IMG/VR virus record: IMGVR_UViG_3300025141_000025
Location: 32,001-96,000 of that record
DNA: 64,000 bases
Direction: 5' to 3' (one strand)
DNA from: a virus
The position numbers and the translations under genes were made by a program. Positions within the stretch are counted from its first letter, which is position 1, and each line of letters begins with the position of its first letter. Shown in pieces: positions 30,049-39,382 of this stretch. The notes below the pieces were generated by a model. That model saw nothing but the letters and a program-made list of their open reading frames with translations. It was not told the origin of the DNA and did not search any database.

Positions 30049-30999
30049 TTATTCCTCTGAAATTGCTCTGCCTTTTAATTTTTCCCAATCCCTTTGAGGC
30101 CTTACTTCTAAATTCTTTTGCCAAGCACCGGTCATGACCTTTGGATCTACCCCCAGGACCCTTGCCTGATACATCAGAGCGTTTATATCCTTCACGAAAC
30201 AAGAACCACCAAACCCTAATGCGGGATCACCCGTGTCATCGGCAGGCATCGGTCCTGGAACTCGCCAGTGAGAACCACCCAACCTTTTGTCGAATGTTGC
30301 ATATTCAATCACCTTATCATAATCAATATTGCCGCCGTTTTGGTCGAGCGCATTACAAATTTGATAAAATTCATTAGCAAGAGCAACTTTCGTTGCCAAA
30401 TGAACGTTTGTAACATATTTTACCATTTCAGCTGTTGTAGATGATGTTTTAATAATTGGAACATCAGGAAAGGCTCGTTGAAAAATATTTCTCACTTTAT
30501 TTATTTGTGGACGGGGGCCGCCCAGAATAATCCTGTCTTGATTTCTCATATCATTTAAAGCATTTGCCTCTGTCAAAAACTCAGGATTAAAAACAACTGT
30601 AAGGTTGTCAAGATCATGATTCCACTGTTGCGTGCTTCCCGGTGGCACTGTTGATTTTACTACCGCTATTCTGTGTTCTTTTGCAGGAATATCACTAAGT
30701 TCCTTCAACACACTATCGACTATTGAAAGATCTGCTTCGCCCGACGTTTTCATTGGTGTAGGTAAGCAAATAAAATAAATTCCAGAAAATTTTTCTGTAT
30801 TTTCACATGCCGACACAAATTGTGCCAAATTTTCTGGTTTTCCCATTACTTTCCATGCGCCTGGAACTTCAGCCCCTTCCGATAGTTTTCCGGCCTTGTC
30901 ATATGCAAAGACTCGGAGACCTCGTTCATTCATGACTGTTGATAGGGAGCCACCTACAAATCCCTGCCCTATTACCGCTATACTTTTGCGCCCTGACAT
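30049..30999 (-). CDS. ugd: UDP-glucose/GDP-mannose dehydrogenase family (short form lacking the C-terminal domain)
   Basis: GQGFVG; CLPTP; KSTVPPG; FNPEFLTE; AEMVKY; GFGGSCFVKD catalytic motif. Confidence 0.85.
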   Translation of the reverse strand: MSGRKSIAVIGQGFVGGSLSTVMNERGLRVFAYDKAGKLSEGAEVPGAWKVMGKPENLAQFVSACENTEKFSGIYFICLPTPMKTSGEADLSIVDSVLKELSDIPAKEHRIAVVKSTVPPGSTQQWNHDLDNLTVVFNPEFLTEANALNDMRNQDRIILGGPRPQINKVRNIFQRAFPDVPIIKTSSTTAEMVKYVTNVHLATKVALANEFYQICNALDQNGGNIDYDKVIEYATFDKRLGGSHWRVPGPMPADDTGDPALGFGGSCFVKDINALMYQARVLGVDPKVMTGAWQKNLEVRPQRDWEKLKGRAISEE

Positions 31000-31001
31000 C
31001 T

Positions 31002-32645
31002 TTACTCCTTGTTACGTTGCGCTAATACATTATACTCAGGAAAGAACAAATAATCGATTTCTGTACCTAAAAAACAGTTCACGGCATGCTCAACATTTTC
31101 GCAAATTGGTTCTCTGTCATTAAAACTCGTGTTCAAAATAATTGGCACACCTGTTTTTTCTTTCCAAGCTTGAAGAAAATTATAATACCACAAATTATCT
31201 TCTTGTCTCACTGTCTGCAACCTCGCGGTTCCGTCAAAGTGAACCACAGCCGGCACCAAAGAAGCCTTTTCTTTTTTAAACTTTAAGACAAACTGCATAT
31301 AAGGACTTTCCTGATATGTCGTAAACCACTCTTCCACGTGTTCGTTCAAGATAGAAGGTGCAAATGGTCTAAACCATTGCCGATGCTTTACTTTTTCATT
31401 AATAATATCCTTCATTTTAGGATTTCTTGGATCGGCAAGAATACTTCTATTTCCTAGAGCACGACGACCAGATTCAGATTTTTCATTAAAGACAGAAACT
31501 ATATTTCCGTCCGACAGGAGATCTACAATTTTATCTAAAGTACACTCTTCTAATTTTAGATTATTTTTATTAATTACTTCATCAAAGTGAGCTTTGTCCC
31601 AATTTTCGCCTAGGTACGGGGTAAAATTATGTTTCCATTCTATACGAGGGTTTCCCAAAACTTCATGCCAAACTATCTGTGCGGCGCCAATGGGTAATCC
31701 GCCGTCGTAAGGAACCGGAGGTATGTATACCTGGTCTATTCTTTCTCCAAATACTTCCTTGACTTTTCCCATTGCAACTGAATTTAATACGACACCGCCT
31801 GACATACAAATATTTTTTATGTTTGGGTTTGTACGTAATGCAAAATCTATAATTGCAAAAATTACAGCCTCAGTTGCCTTTTGTAAGCCGGCAGCGAGGT
31901 CAAACTTGTCTTGTTCACTTTTTCTAGCGATTGCTGCCCATGGCTCTAAATAGGGATGTTTTGGATCTTTATCTGATGTTGCTCCGGGCGGTTGACCTGG
32001 TGGTTTAAATCCAGAAGGAAGAATATCCTGCGTTAGCATTTTATAAAAATCATCACAATATTTTTCCGAATCTCCCATGGCAGCCATGGCCATTACAGAC
32101 CCTTCTTGGCCACCTCGAGGCCAGCCATTCTGTAGTTTGAAAATATATCTCGTAATTCTAGACCACACACCCCCAATATTGATTTCATTTGGCCTGAATG
32201 TTTTTACATGTTGCATTGAATTTTGTTTTCCATGCCAAATAGTACATGCTGATTCTCCGGCATTGGCATCTTCGACACCTCCACCGTCCATTGTTAAAAC
32301 AATTGCCTCATCAATATTACTTGAATAAAAAGCATTCGCGGCATGTGCCCTATGATGTGAGAAAAAATGAAACTTTCCACCATTTTCTTTTACCAACTGT
32401 TGCGCTTTTTTATAGGACTCTTCATACCCCTCGGCTTTTCTTTTTGGATACACAGATGCAATGTGTGTAACCTCACATGCATCTTCATTCGCCCTGTCAA
32501 ACATAAAAGAAATTGCATCTCCAGGAGGACATTTTTCTCTATTGTATCTTTCATACTCAGCATGAATAAGCGGTTTACCATCGTCTAAAATTACAAATGA
32601 GCTGTCGTGCCCACACCAAATTCCTGCTATTTTCATATTAATCAC
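31002..32645 (-). CDS. Carbamoyltransferase, NodU/CmcH family
   Basis: GHDSS..ERYNREK; HHRAHAANAFY; DGGG; SGGVVLNSV; ESGRRALGNRSILADP; KHRQWFRPFAPS; HFDGTARLQTV; LNTSFN. Confidence 0.92.
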   Translation of the reverse strand: MINMKIAGIWCGHDSSFVILDDGKPLIHAEYERYNREKCPPGDAISFMFDRANEDACEVTHIASVYPKRKAEGYEESYKKAQQLVKENGGKFHFFSHHRAHAANAFYSSNIDEAIVLTMDGGGVEDANAGESACTIWHGKQNSMQHVKTFRPNEINIGGVWSRITRYIFKLQNGWPRGGQEGSVMAMAAMGDSEKYCDDFYKMLTQDILPSGFKPPGQPPGATSDKDPKHPYLEPWAAIARKSEQDKFDLAAGLQKATEAVIFAIIDFALRTNPNIKNICMSGGVVLNSVAMGKVKEVFGERIDQVYIPPVPYDGGLPIGAAQIVWHEVLGNPRIEWKHNFTPYLGENWDKAHFDEVINKNNLKLEECTLDKIVDLLSDGNIVSVFNEKSESGRRALGNRSILADPRNPKMKDIINEKVKHRQWFRPFAPSILNEHVEEWFTTYQESPYMQFVLKFKKEKASLVPAVVHFDGTARLQTVRQEDNLWYYNFLQAWKEKTGVPIILNTSFNDREPICENVEHAVNCFLGTEIDYLFFPEYNVLAQRNKE

Positions 32646-33009
32646 CTTTTATAATTCTATAACTGTCTTCATCAAAATGTTTTGTTGAAAATTCAAAAAG
32701 TTCAGTGTCTTGAAGGGCAATCATTTGATGCCGCAATCCTTTGTACACATGAAAATTATCGCCTTGTTCTAAGATAACAGACTCAGCTTTTTCAATGTCA
32801 TCCTGTTCTGAAAACAGAACTTTAATTTTTCCTGTTTGTACATAAAATACTTCATCTTTAATTTTATGATAATGCCAAGAGCATTTTTTTCCTTTCACAA
32901 AATAAAGTAGTTTTCCACAGTATTCATCACAATTAACGATCCATTTTTCGAAACCCCACCCCTTCGAAACAAAATGTATGTTTATTTTTGTTTTATCAAA
33001 GCATTTCAT
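32638..33009 (-). CDS. Cupin (sugar isomerase-like)
   Basis: KGWGFEKWI..CSWHYHKIKDEVFYVQTG..HQM..EFST..DSYR. Confidence 0.8.
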   Translation of the reverse strand: MKCFDKTKINIHFVSKGWGFEKWIVNCDEYCGKLLYFVKGKKCSWHYHKIKDEVFYVQTGKIKVLFSEQDDIEKAESVILEQGDNFHVYKGLRHQMIALQDTELFEFSTKHFDEDSYRIIKGD

Positions 33010-33778
33010 TTTTTAGATCCTCTAATGAAACATTATACACACCTAGGTGACGAACTGAAATTCCTGCACAAACATTTGCAAACTTAATAGCCTCTTCCAC
33101 ATCATCACATGATAAAAGCTTTACCGCAAACGATGCCAAAAAAGAATCTCCAGCGCCACAGACATCAAAAACATCTTGAATCTGGGAAGCAGGAAATACC
33201 TTTCCATTCCACATCGCCCCTTTCTCCCCAAGTGTTGTGATTAATTGACTCGATGACGGTATAGATTCAGCTTTTTGTGTTTCCTGTTCATTAATTTTTA
33301 TAAAACAATTCTCGTAACAAGATAAATCTTTCTTTTTGCTATCAACAAAAATTGGTTTTGGTAAAATAGGTAGTAGATTACTAAGCAGATTTGCGGGTAA
33401 AAATCCCTTATTATAATCTGATATTACTGTTGCATCAAATGTATTTTGAGATAAGTGGTTCTCAATTGCTTTTATTTCAGCTGGATCACAACTATCGTTA
33501 GAATCAACCCTTAAAATTTGTTGTGAAAAGCGCTCATCAATAAATCTTTCTTTTATAATTTTGTTTGTGTTAGAAATTACAGTTACGCCATGGCCTAGGC
33601 TTTTTATGTTTAAAGCAACATTCGTTGCCATTCCAGGCTTTGACATGACCCTAGACTGTTTCAATATTGGAACAGGGGCTTCAACACTCATTCTTTCACA
33701 CCTACCAAACCTATACAGGTCTATGCAGGTCTCACCGAGGACCAATATGTTTAATAATTTTTGTTGTTGAGTATCCAT
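32996..33778 (-). CDS. rfaE1: PfkB-family kinase, HldE/RfaE domain I-like (heptose-7-phosphate kinase-like)
   Basis: G..RMSVEAPVP; PGMATNVALN; ISDYNKGFL; VDSK; DVCGAGDSF. Confidence 0.8.
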   Translation of the reverse strand: MDTQQQKLLNILVLGETCIDLYRFGRCERMSVEAPVPILKQSRVMSKPGMATNVALNIKSLGHGVTVISNTNKIIKERFIDERFSQQILRVDSNDSCDPAEIKAIENHLSQNTFDATVISDYNKGFLPANLLSNLLPILPKPIFVDSKKKDLSCYENCFIKINEQETQKAESIPSSSQLITTLGEKGAMWNGKVFPASQIQDVFDVCGAGDSFLASFAVKLLSCDDVEEAIKFANVCAGISVRHLGVYNVSLEDLKNEML

Positions 33779-34133
33779 CTATAAATCCAAAAATTCTAAC
33801 CTCGGCCAAATCTGAACCAATTACATCCTCGGGTTTGTAATCACCGCCTTTTACAATGATGTCAGGTTTGATTTGTTTTATTAATTTATGCGGGGTATCT
33901 TCATCAAAAATCACCACCTCATCTACACACCTTAGCTCTTCTAAGATTGCTCTTCTGTCATTTTGCGATATTATAGGCCTCTTTGACCCCTTTAGGCGCC
34001 GGACGCTTTCATCGCTATTAAGGCCAACAATTACCCACCGACCGATACTTCTGCAGTACTTTAAAAGTTCAATATGTCCCCTGTGGAGAATATCAAAACA
34101 GCCGTTGGTAAATATGATTTTTATATCATTCAA
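33732..34133 (-). CDS. rfaE2: Heptose-1-phosphate adenylyltransferase, HldE/RfaE domain II-like
   Basis: FTNGCFDILHRGH; GLNSDESVRRLKG; VKGGDY; GYSTT. Confidence 0.9.
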   Translation of the reverse strand: MNDIKIIFTNGCFDILHRGHIELLKYCRSIGRWVIVGLNSDESVRRLKGSKRPIISQNDRRAILEELRCVDEVVIFDEDTPHKLIKQIKPDIIVKGGDYKPEDVIGSDLAEVRIFGFIDGYSTTKIIKHIGPR

Positions 34134-35104
34134 ATTTTCTCAATCCAATATTGCAATAAACCCTGTAATGTATCATCAATCGCAACCTCTGGGTGCCAGC
34201 CTGTTAACTCTGACAATTCTGTTGAATCGCCATGCTGGTAATGTATATCAATTGGCCTGTAAAACGGTGCATGAATTTCCTGCTTGACATCTTTTAGACC
34301 TGATAGTTCTATTAGTTTATCGGCAAAATATTGCATTTTTCTGGGTGTGTCGCCACAAACATTAAACACCTTTCCCATACAATCATCATTTTTCATTGCC
34401 AAATAATACGCACGAACTGTGTCTTTTACGTCAATTACGACTCTTACCGATTCCAAATTACCGATAAGCAATGTCTTTTCCTGTAATCCTTTAACCATTC
34501 TAGCAATCTGGTATGCATCGGAAGATATTGAAAAATTCTTGCCGCGGCGTGTTCCTGTATGACTAAATGCCCGGGTAATAAAGCCTGTAATTTTCCCGTT
34601 CTCCATCCTTTCTTGCATGTACAAATCTATTGCTGCCTTGGATGCACCGTATGGGTTGGCTGGTAAAATCGTGTCTGTTATCTGAATTTTTCTTCCATCT
34701 TGTCCAACATTACCATACACTTCTGATGTTGAACAAAACATTAGCCTACAATCGGGTTGATAATCTTCAATTGCCTGTATCAGATTCATGGATCCCATTA
34801 CATTAGTTTCAAATGTTCCTAATGGATCGATAAAACTAGTTGGTGGATGTGACTGGGCTGCTAGGTGAAAAACTCCGTCAAACTTATCTTGACGAAAAAC
34901 ATTATTTATGGCGCGATAATGAGTCAAATCAGCATAAATAAATTTTATTGCAGAGAAAACTTCGTCATTTACCACATCCCTAATGTCATTCTCTGTTCCA
35001 TTGCTACAGCGAACCAGTCCATATACCTCATGCCCCTCAGCATGCAGTAGGTTTGCCAAATGAGGACCTGCAAAACCTGTAATACCGGTTATCAAATACT
35101 TCAA
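34130..35104 (-). CDS. gmd: GDP-mannose 4,6-dehydratase / Rmd-like SDR
   Basis: LITGITGFAG; HLAAQSH; STSEVYG; PYGASK; GNLESVR. Likely start is TTG at 35104 after a GGAG RBS, not 35137. Confidence 0.8.
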   Translation of the reverse strand: MKYLITGITGFAGPHLANLLHAEGHEVYGLVRCSNGTENDIRDVVNDEVFSAIKFIYADLTHYRAINNVFRQDKFDGVFHLAAQSHPPTSFIDPLGTFETNVMGSMNLIQAIEDYQPDCRLMFCSTSEVYGNVGQDGRKIQITDTILPANPYGASKAAIDLYMQERMENGKITGFITRAFSHTGTRRGKNFSISSDAYQIARMVKGLQEKTLLIGNLESVRVVIDVKDTVRAYYLAMKNDDCMGKVFNVCGDTPRKMQYFADKLIELSGLKDVKQEIHAPFYRPIDIHYQHGDSTELSELTGWHPEVAIDDTLQGLLQYWIEKI

Positions 35105-35105
35105 T

Positions 35106-35954
35106 TTAAATCTCCAAAACTTTGTTAATTCTAACAACTATCTCTTCATAATATAACGATTTAGAGTCAGCTGTACATTGCTCACAGTGGACTTTCATAC
35201 CGCAAGGGCCATGGCCACTGTCGTTAGCCCAAATTACCTCATGACCGTTGTAACTAGTTAATCTTGGGTGTATAAATCCGCTTACAACTATTACACACGG
35301 CGTGTCAAATGCTGTTGCGGCGTGAACTAGGCCACCCTCTGAACCTATAAAACATTTCGATTTACCTACTACACCTGCCGCCTGCCTAAATGTTGTTGTG
35401 CCTGTTAAATTAACAACCCCATCAAGTACAGGTGCTCCTGCAGATCCTAATTGCACAACTTTCACCTTATCCCGGATTGAATTAACTACCTTTTGCCAAG
35501 TTTCAAATTGATCAAATTTATTTTTGGTATACTCTTTGTTGCAGGACGGATCTATTGTCACAAATGGTACATCTATTTTATAAGATTCCAAAAGCTCTTC
35601 AATAAAAACTTCTTCATTTTCTGTTAGAAAAATATCACAGCGCAATTCTGGATTATCAATCCCAAACTTTTCACAAATTTGTTCAATGATGTGCCTGTCA
35701 TACCTATGATACGCACGTTCTGGAGTGTCTTTTTTACAGTAGTTTGTATCAGGGTGATTTAATTGAAGAGGAAAACAAAACGTAGCCGCATCAGGAAAAC
35801 TTTGTAAAAAATTAGGATTATTATGAAATATTTCTGACTTTATTGGTTTTATCAATTGACCGTGTTGTTCAAAAGGAAAAACTTTAATTCCTTGTATTCT
35901 TGCACAAATCTCCCGCGCCGCAGCTGTCCAAGTAAGGTACCCACCCAATCCCAT
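35106..35954 (-). CDS. Glycosyltransferase, GT9 (ADP-heptose heptosyltransferase-like)
   Basis: N-terminal GLGG; VNLTGTTTFRQAAGVV..FIGSEGGLVHAATAFDTPCV (cf. GT9 NDSGxxHxAAAxxxP); C-terminal HGPC..CEQC. Confidence 0.8.
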   Translation of the reverse strand: MGLGGYLTWTAAAREICARIQGIKVFPFEQHGQLIKPIKSEIFHNNPNFLQSFPDAATFCFPLQLNHPDTNYCKKDTPERAYHRYDRHIIEQICEKFGIDNPELRCDIFLTENEEVFIEELLESYKIDVPFVTIDPSCNKEYTKNKFDQFETWQKVVNSIRDKVKVVQLGSAGAPVLDGVVNLTGTTTFRQAAGVVGKSKCFIGSEGGLVHAATAFDTPCVIVVSGFIHPRLTSYNGHEVIWANDSGHGPCGMKVHCEQCTADSKSLYYEEIVVRINKVLEI

Positions 35955-35955
35955 G

Positions 35956-36585
35956 TTATTTTTCCTCTTTTATTTGTATGACAATGCCCTCCCAATCAGA
36001 CAATACCTGAAACTGTGTATTTGGGTATAAAGTTCCTGGAGGCATGCCAATATAAGAGACTGTGTATTGTGTATTTTTATCTTCTAAGCTTGAAATAAAA
36101 TCATCAACTGCCTTTTTTACGCCAGCGAATGCGCCATAATCATCAAACACAAAAGTCTTGACACCTGCATTAATGCAATTTTGAATATCTATATTTGCGT
36201 GATGTTCATCGTGAATGGCATCTATCACTGCGGCATCGAAATTATTTTTCTTCATATAATCTTCAAATTTTGAAGAATACAAATCCCAATCTGCCACAGT
36301 TACATTTTCATGACCAAGCCCTTCTATCATTTCACAGTTTTTCTTATCTATGTCAATAGAAAAAATTGTTTTCGCCATTGAAGATAAAAAATGAGTTGTA
36401 TGGCCCTGGGCAGCACCAATTTCAATCCATTTTAGCTTATTTTTTCCCGACAGCACTTGAGCTAATCCTAGCTTGAAAACATGACTAGTTGTTGTTTTCC
36501 ACTGCGATTTATCCGGAATTTCAGAAAATTTTGCAACTGCATTTGCGACATCTTGTAAATTAATCATTGTCATTTTTAACCTCAT
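35956..36585 (-). CDS. Class I SAM-dependent methyltransferase (Methyltransf_24-like)
   Basis: IEIGAAQGHTT; SIDID; IDAIH; FDDYG..GVKKAVD. Confidence 0.8.
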   Translation of the reverse strand: MRLKMTMINLQDVANAVAKFSEIPDKSQWKTTTSHVFKLGLAQVLSGKNKLKWIEIGAAQGHTTHFLSSMAKTIFSIDIDKKNCEMIEGLGHENVTVADWDLYSSKFEDYMKKNNFDAAVIDAIHDEHHANIDIQNCINAGVKTFVFDDYGAFAGVKKAVDDFISSLEDKNTQYTVSYIGMPPGTLYPNTQFQVLSDWEGIVIQIKEEK

Positions 36586-37483
36586 TCAAAAAATTTTCAT
36601 AAACCTGTCCCACCGTGTCAATACACAAATAATCGGATTCTATGTCAATTTTTTTTAGTTCAATTTTTGGATAATTTATATTTGGAGGATTTTCATAATC
36701 CAACAAAGAAAAATCATAGTCCCACTGTTCGGCAATTTCTATGCCATTTTTTCTCACAACTTCCCTTGTGCCTCCTGAATTCGTGTGAATCACCGGAACA
36801 CCTTTGGAAATTGCCTCAACAACCGTATTTGGAAAATGATCCAACCACGCTAAATGAATCATCCAGTTAGACATTGCGTATACCTGCATTAGAATATCAT
36901 GTGATAAATCACCAAAATAAAAAATGCCAGGATGATTAATTACGTAATCCGGATTTCCACCACACACAAGTAGGCATGAATTCGTGTTTGTATTTTGTAA
37001 TTGCAAAAACAGCTCTACATTTTCTTTTAGCCTTTTTTGCCTATGCCAGTTTGCTGCACACACAAATATTGTCTTGAATCTATTTTTAATTTCTAACAAT
37101 TTGGGATGTGCTACAGGTGTCTCAGCGATTATAATACCATTTCCGATTACACTTCCATGTTTGTCACCCCAACACTTAGTAATCATTGTCTTGTCAAACT
37201 GTGTTTGCCAGATAACGGCGGTGGCGGCATCATATGTTCTTTTTATTCCCGCATTCTTTTCTAGGAATTCCTCAGGTTTGAACCAAATGCCATCTAGGCG
37301 CTGAATTAGTTTGGCATTTTTATTTTTTTGATGCTGCTGTTCTATAAATGCCAAGTGTATATCACATTCATTTGGACCGCAAATTTCATGACCCTTTTTG
37401 TTCAAATTTTCAGCCAACCTGAAGGCGAAAGAATTAGGGCCTGATCTGCTAGAAAAATTTACATTATCAAAAAATATCTTCAT
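36560..37483 (-). CDS. Glycosyltransferase, GT4-like
   Basis: SGPNSF; QRLDG; DHFPNTVVEAISKGVPVIHTNSGGTREVV. Confidence 0.85.
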   Translation of the reverse strand: MKIFFDNVNFSSRSGPNSFAFRLAENLNKKGHEICGPNECDIHLAFIEQQHQKNKNAKLIQRLDGIWFKPEEFLEKNAGIKRTYDAATAVIWQTQFDKTMITKCWGDKHGSVIGNGIIIAETPVAHPKLLEIKNRFKTIFVCAANWHRQKRLKENVELFLQLQNTNTNSCLLVCGGNPDYVINHPGIFYFGDLSHDILMQVYAMSNWMIHLAWLDHFPNTVVEAISKGVPVIHTNSGGTREVVRKNGIEIAEQWDYDFSLLDYENPPNINYPKIELKKIDIESDYLCIDTVGQVYENFLNEVKNDND

Positions 37484-37484
37484 G

Positions 37485-38534
37485 CTATTCCATTTCCGCG
37501 ATTATATTTTTAGCAGACATTGCTGCTTTTACGCATGTATCAATTTTTCCTGAAAATATATTAATAATTTTTGGACCCACCTTCGATACAATCGTAGGAC
37601 GACCGTCAGTATCATCCATGTGAGGAAGTACAGCACGGACAGTAAACATGGATCCTTGATATTTTGCGAATTCTAAACTTGGAATATATTCTTTACCTGT
37701 TTCTATAAATTTATTCCAATTTGTCACTGTTGGATTTTCAACAATACCCATATTCAAATCCTTTTTTATCTTTGTCGAAACACGTGGTTTTTTACCTATA
37801 TTAGTAGAGTGAATCGCATGCACAACATTTCCCAAAAGTGACAATCCTGATTTTCCATATGGATCTACACACATAAAAGGACCATCCATCACAACTATAC
37901 TTTTGTTGATCATAGGTTCAGGCATTTTAACTAAAATTTTTTCACAAACTTCAAACTGGTATGTTCTCCTACGGGTCCTTTCTAGGAGTTCATTAATATT
38001 GGCATATGTGCAATTCAAAACAACATCAAAATGATTGATGTCTTTTTTTGTGAACCTTTTCATAAAATGATAATCTACGCTAGAAGTTGTAAGCTTCTTC
38101 CAGCAAATATCATATACGCTACTGTAGTCAAGTATACTTTCCTTTACCTTGACAGTAAGGGCAATTTTTTCATTATTTACATGCGAAAAATTATCAACTA
38201 TTTCATGTTCTAACTTGAATTTATTACAAAAATTCAAATACTCTTCTGCGGAGGTCATGCTATTTTCTTTAGAAATACAATAAAAATGTTCATGGCATTT
38301 CACAACTGCATCTTGATATTCACTTTCAAAAAAATCAATTGAATCTAGCAGGTCTTTTACTGTGTCAGGACTTCTTGGGTAATGATAACCCCTGTGTAAC
38401 CTTAATTGATTTACACGGCTGGCGGCTGTCATAATACCACTACGCTCTTCATAAAGAGATACTTCATGGTTTTTAGACAACCTAATGGCTGCAGTCAAGC
38501 CAAATATTCCTGCGCCGACGACCGCTATTTTCAT
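37485..38534 (-). CDS. FAD-dependent oxidoreductase (DAO-like)
   Basis: VVGAGIFG Rossmann motif; ASRVNQLRLHRGYHYPRS. Confidence 0.85.
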   Translation of the reverse strand: MKIAVVGAGIFGLTAAIRLSKNHEVSLYEERSGIMTAASRVNQLRLHRGYHYPRSPDTVKDLLDSIDFFESEYQDAVVKCHEHFYCISKENSMTSAEEYLNFCNKFKLEHEIVDNFSHVNNEKIALTVKVKESILDYSSVYDICWKKLTTSSVDYHFMKRFTKKDINHFDVVLNCTYANINELLERTRRRTYQFEVCEKILVKMPEPMINKSIVVMDGPFMCVDPYGKSGLSLLGNVVHAIHSTNIGKKPRVSTKIKKDLNMGIVENPTVTNWNKFIETGKEYIPSLEFAKYQGSMFTVRAVLPHMDDTDGRPTIVSKVGPKIINIFSGKIDTCVKAAMSAKNIIAEME

Positions 38535-39382
38535 TTGTGCACCTTTTTAATGTCAGAGATGGTATTGTTGACTAACTCAACAATAGAAAAATTTGTGTCA
38601 TGGTTCGAATCTATTATTATAGATTCCATTTTTTTTATTTGCCTAGACAATAAATCACCTGTATCCGTAAAAATTACTGTATTTTTATATGTAATTTTTC
38701 CTGGTTCCCATTCGTAGGTTCCATTTTGTGTCTCAGCTAACATTTTTAAGCTTTTATCAACCTTAGAAACCCTATTTGTGTTAATTGTTATATTTGTAGC
38801 TGCTGATTTACAATTTGCGCTAAATATATTTTCTGAAATGTCAACGTCATTAATTTCGATGGGATACTTGAGCAATTTCAAAAGAATTGATAATTGGTGT
38901 GAGACTAAATTATCAATGATATTATTATCAAAGGAGCCCCACTTATTCCAATTTAATTGAATACTGGTAATTTTTTTTGTACGTAATTCACGTGCTAAAA
39001 AACACAGTGCCCTGTCTTCTGAATAGATATAATTCACATAACAGGCAAGACCTGTAGATCTCGCTAAATTTTTTAGTTCATGAATTTCATGTATGTTTGT
39101 TGCGCCAGGCTTTTCAATGAAAACATTTTTACCTGCTAGGATAGCATTTTTGGCATTATGGAATAGGTCATTTATTGGAACAGCAACAGCAACTATATCA
39201 ATATTTTTGTCTGCCAGCATTTCTTTAGTACTACATGCATGAACATTCATTTCATGATGAATTAATTCATTTTTTGTTTTTTCAATATTACGAGATGTAA
39301 CTGCAACTAATACGGCATTTTTATCAATTGATTTTGCTAGTTTTTTGCCCCACTTACCAAATCCAAGAATCCCCCATTTCAT
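38531..39382 (-). CDS. Gfo/Idh/MocA-family oxidoreductase
   Basis: GILGFGKWG; GKNVFIEKP. Confidence 0.85.
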   Translation of the reverse strand: MKWGILGFGKWGKKLAKSIDKNAVLVAVTSRNIEKTKNELIHHEMNVHACSTKEMLADKNIDIVAVAVPINDLFHNAKNAILAGKNVFIEKPGATNIHEIHELKNLARSTGLACYVNYIYSEDRALCFLARELRTKKITSIQLNWNKWGSFDNNIIDNLVSHQLSILLKLLKYPIEINDVDISENIFSANCKSAATNITINTNRVSKVDKSLKMLAETQNGTYEWEPGKITYKNTVIFTDTGDLLSRQIKKMESIIIDSNHDTNFSIVELVNNTISDIKKVHK

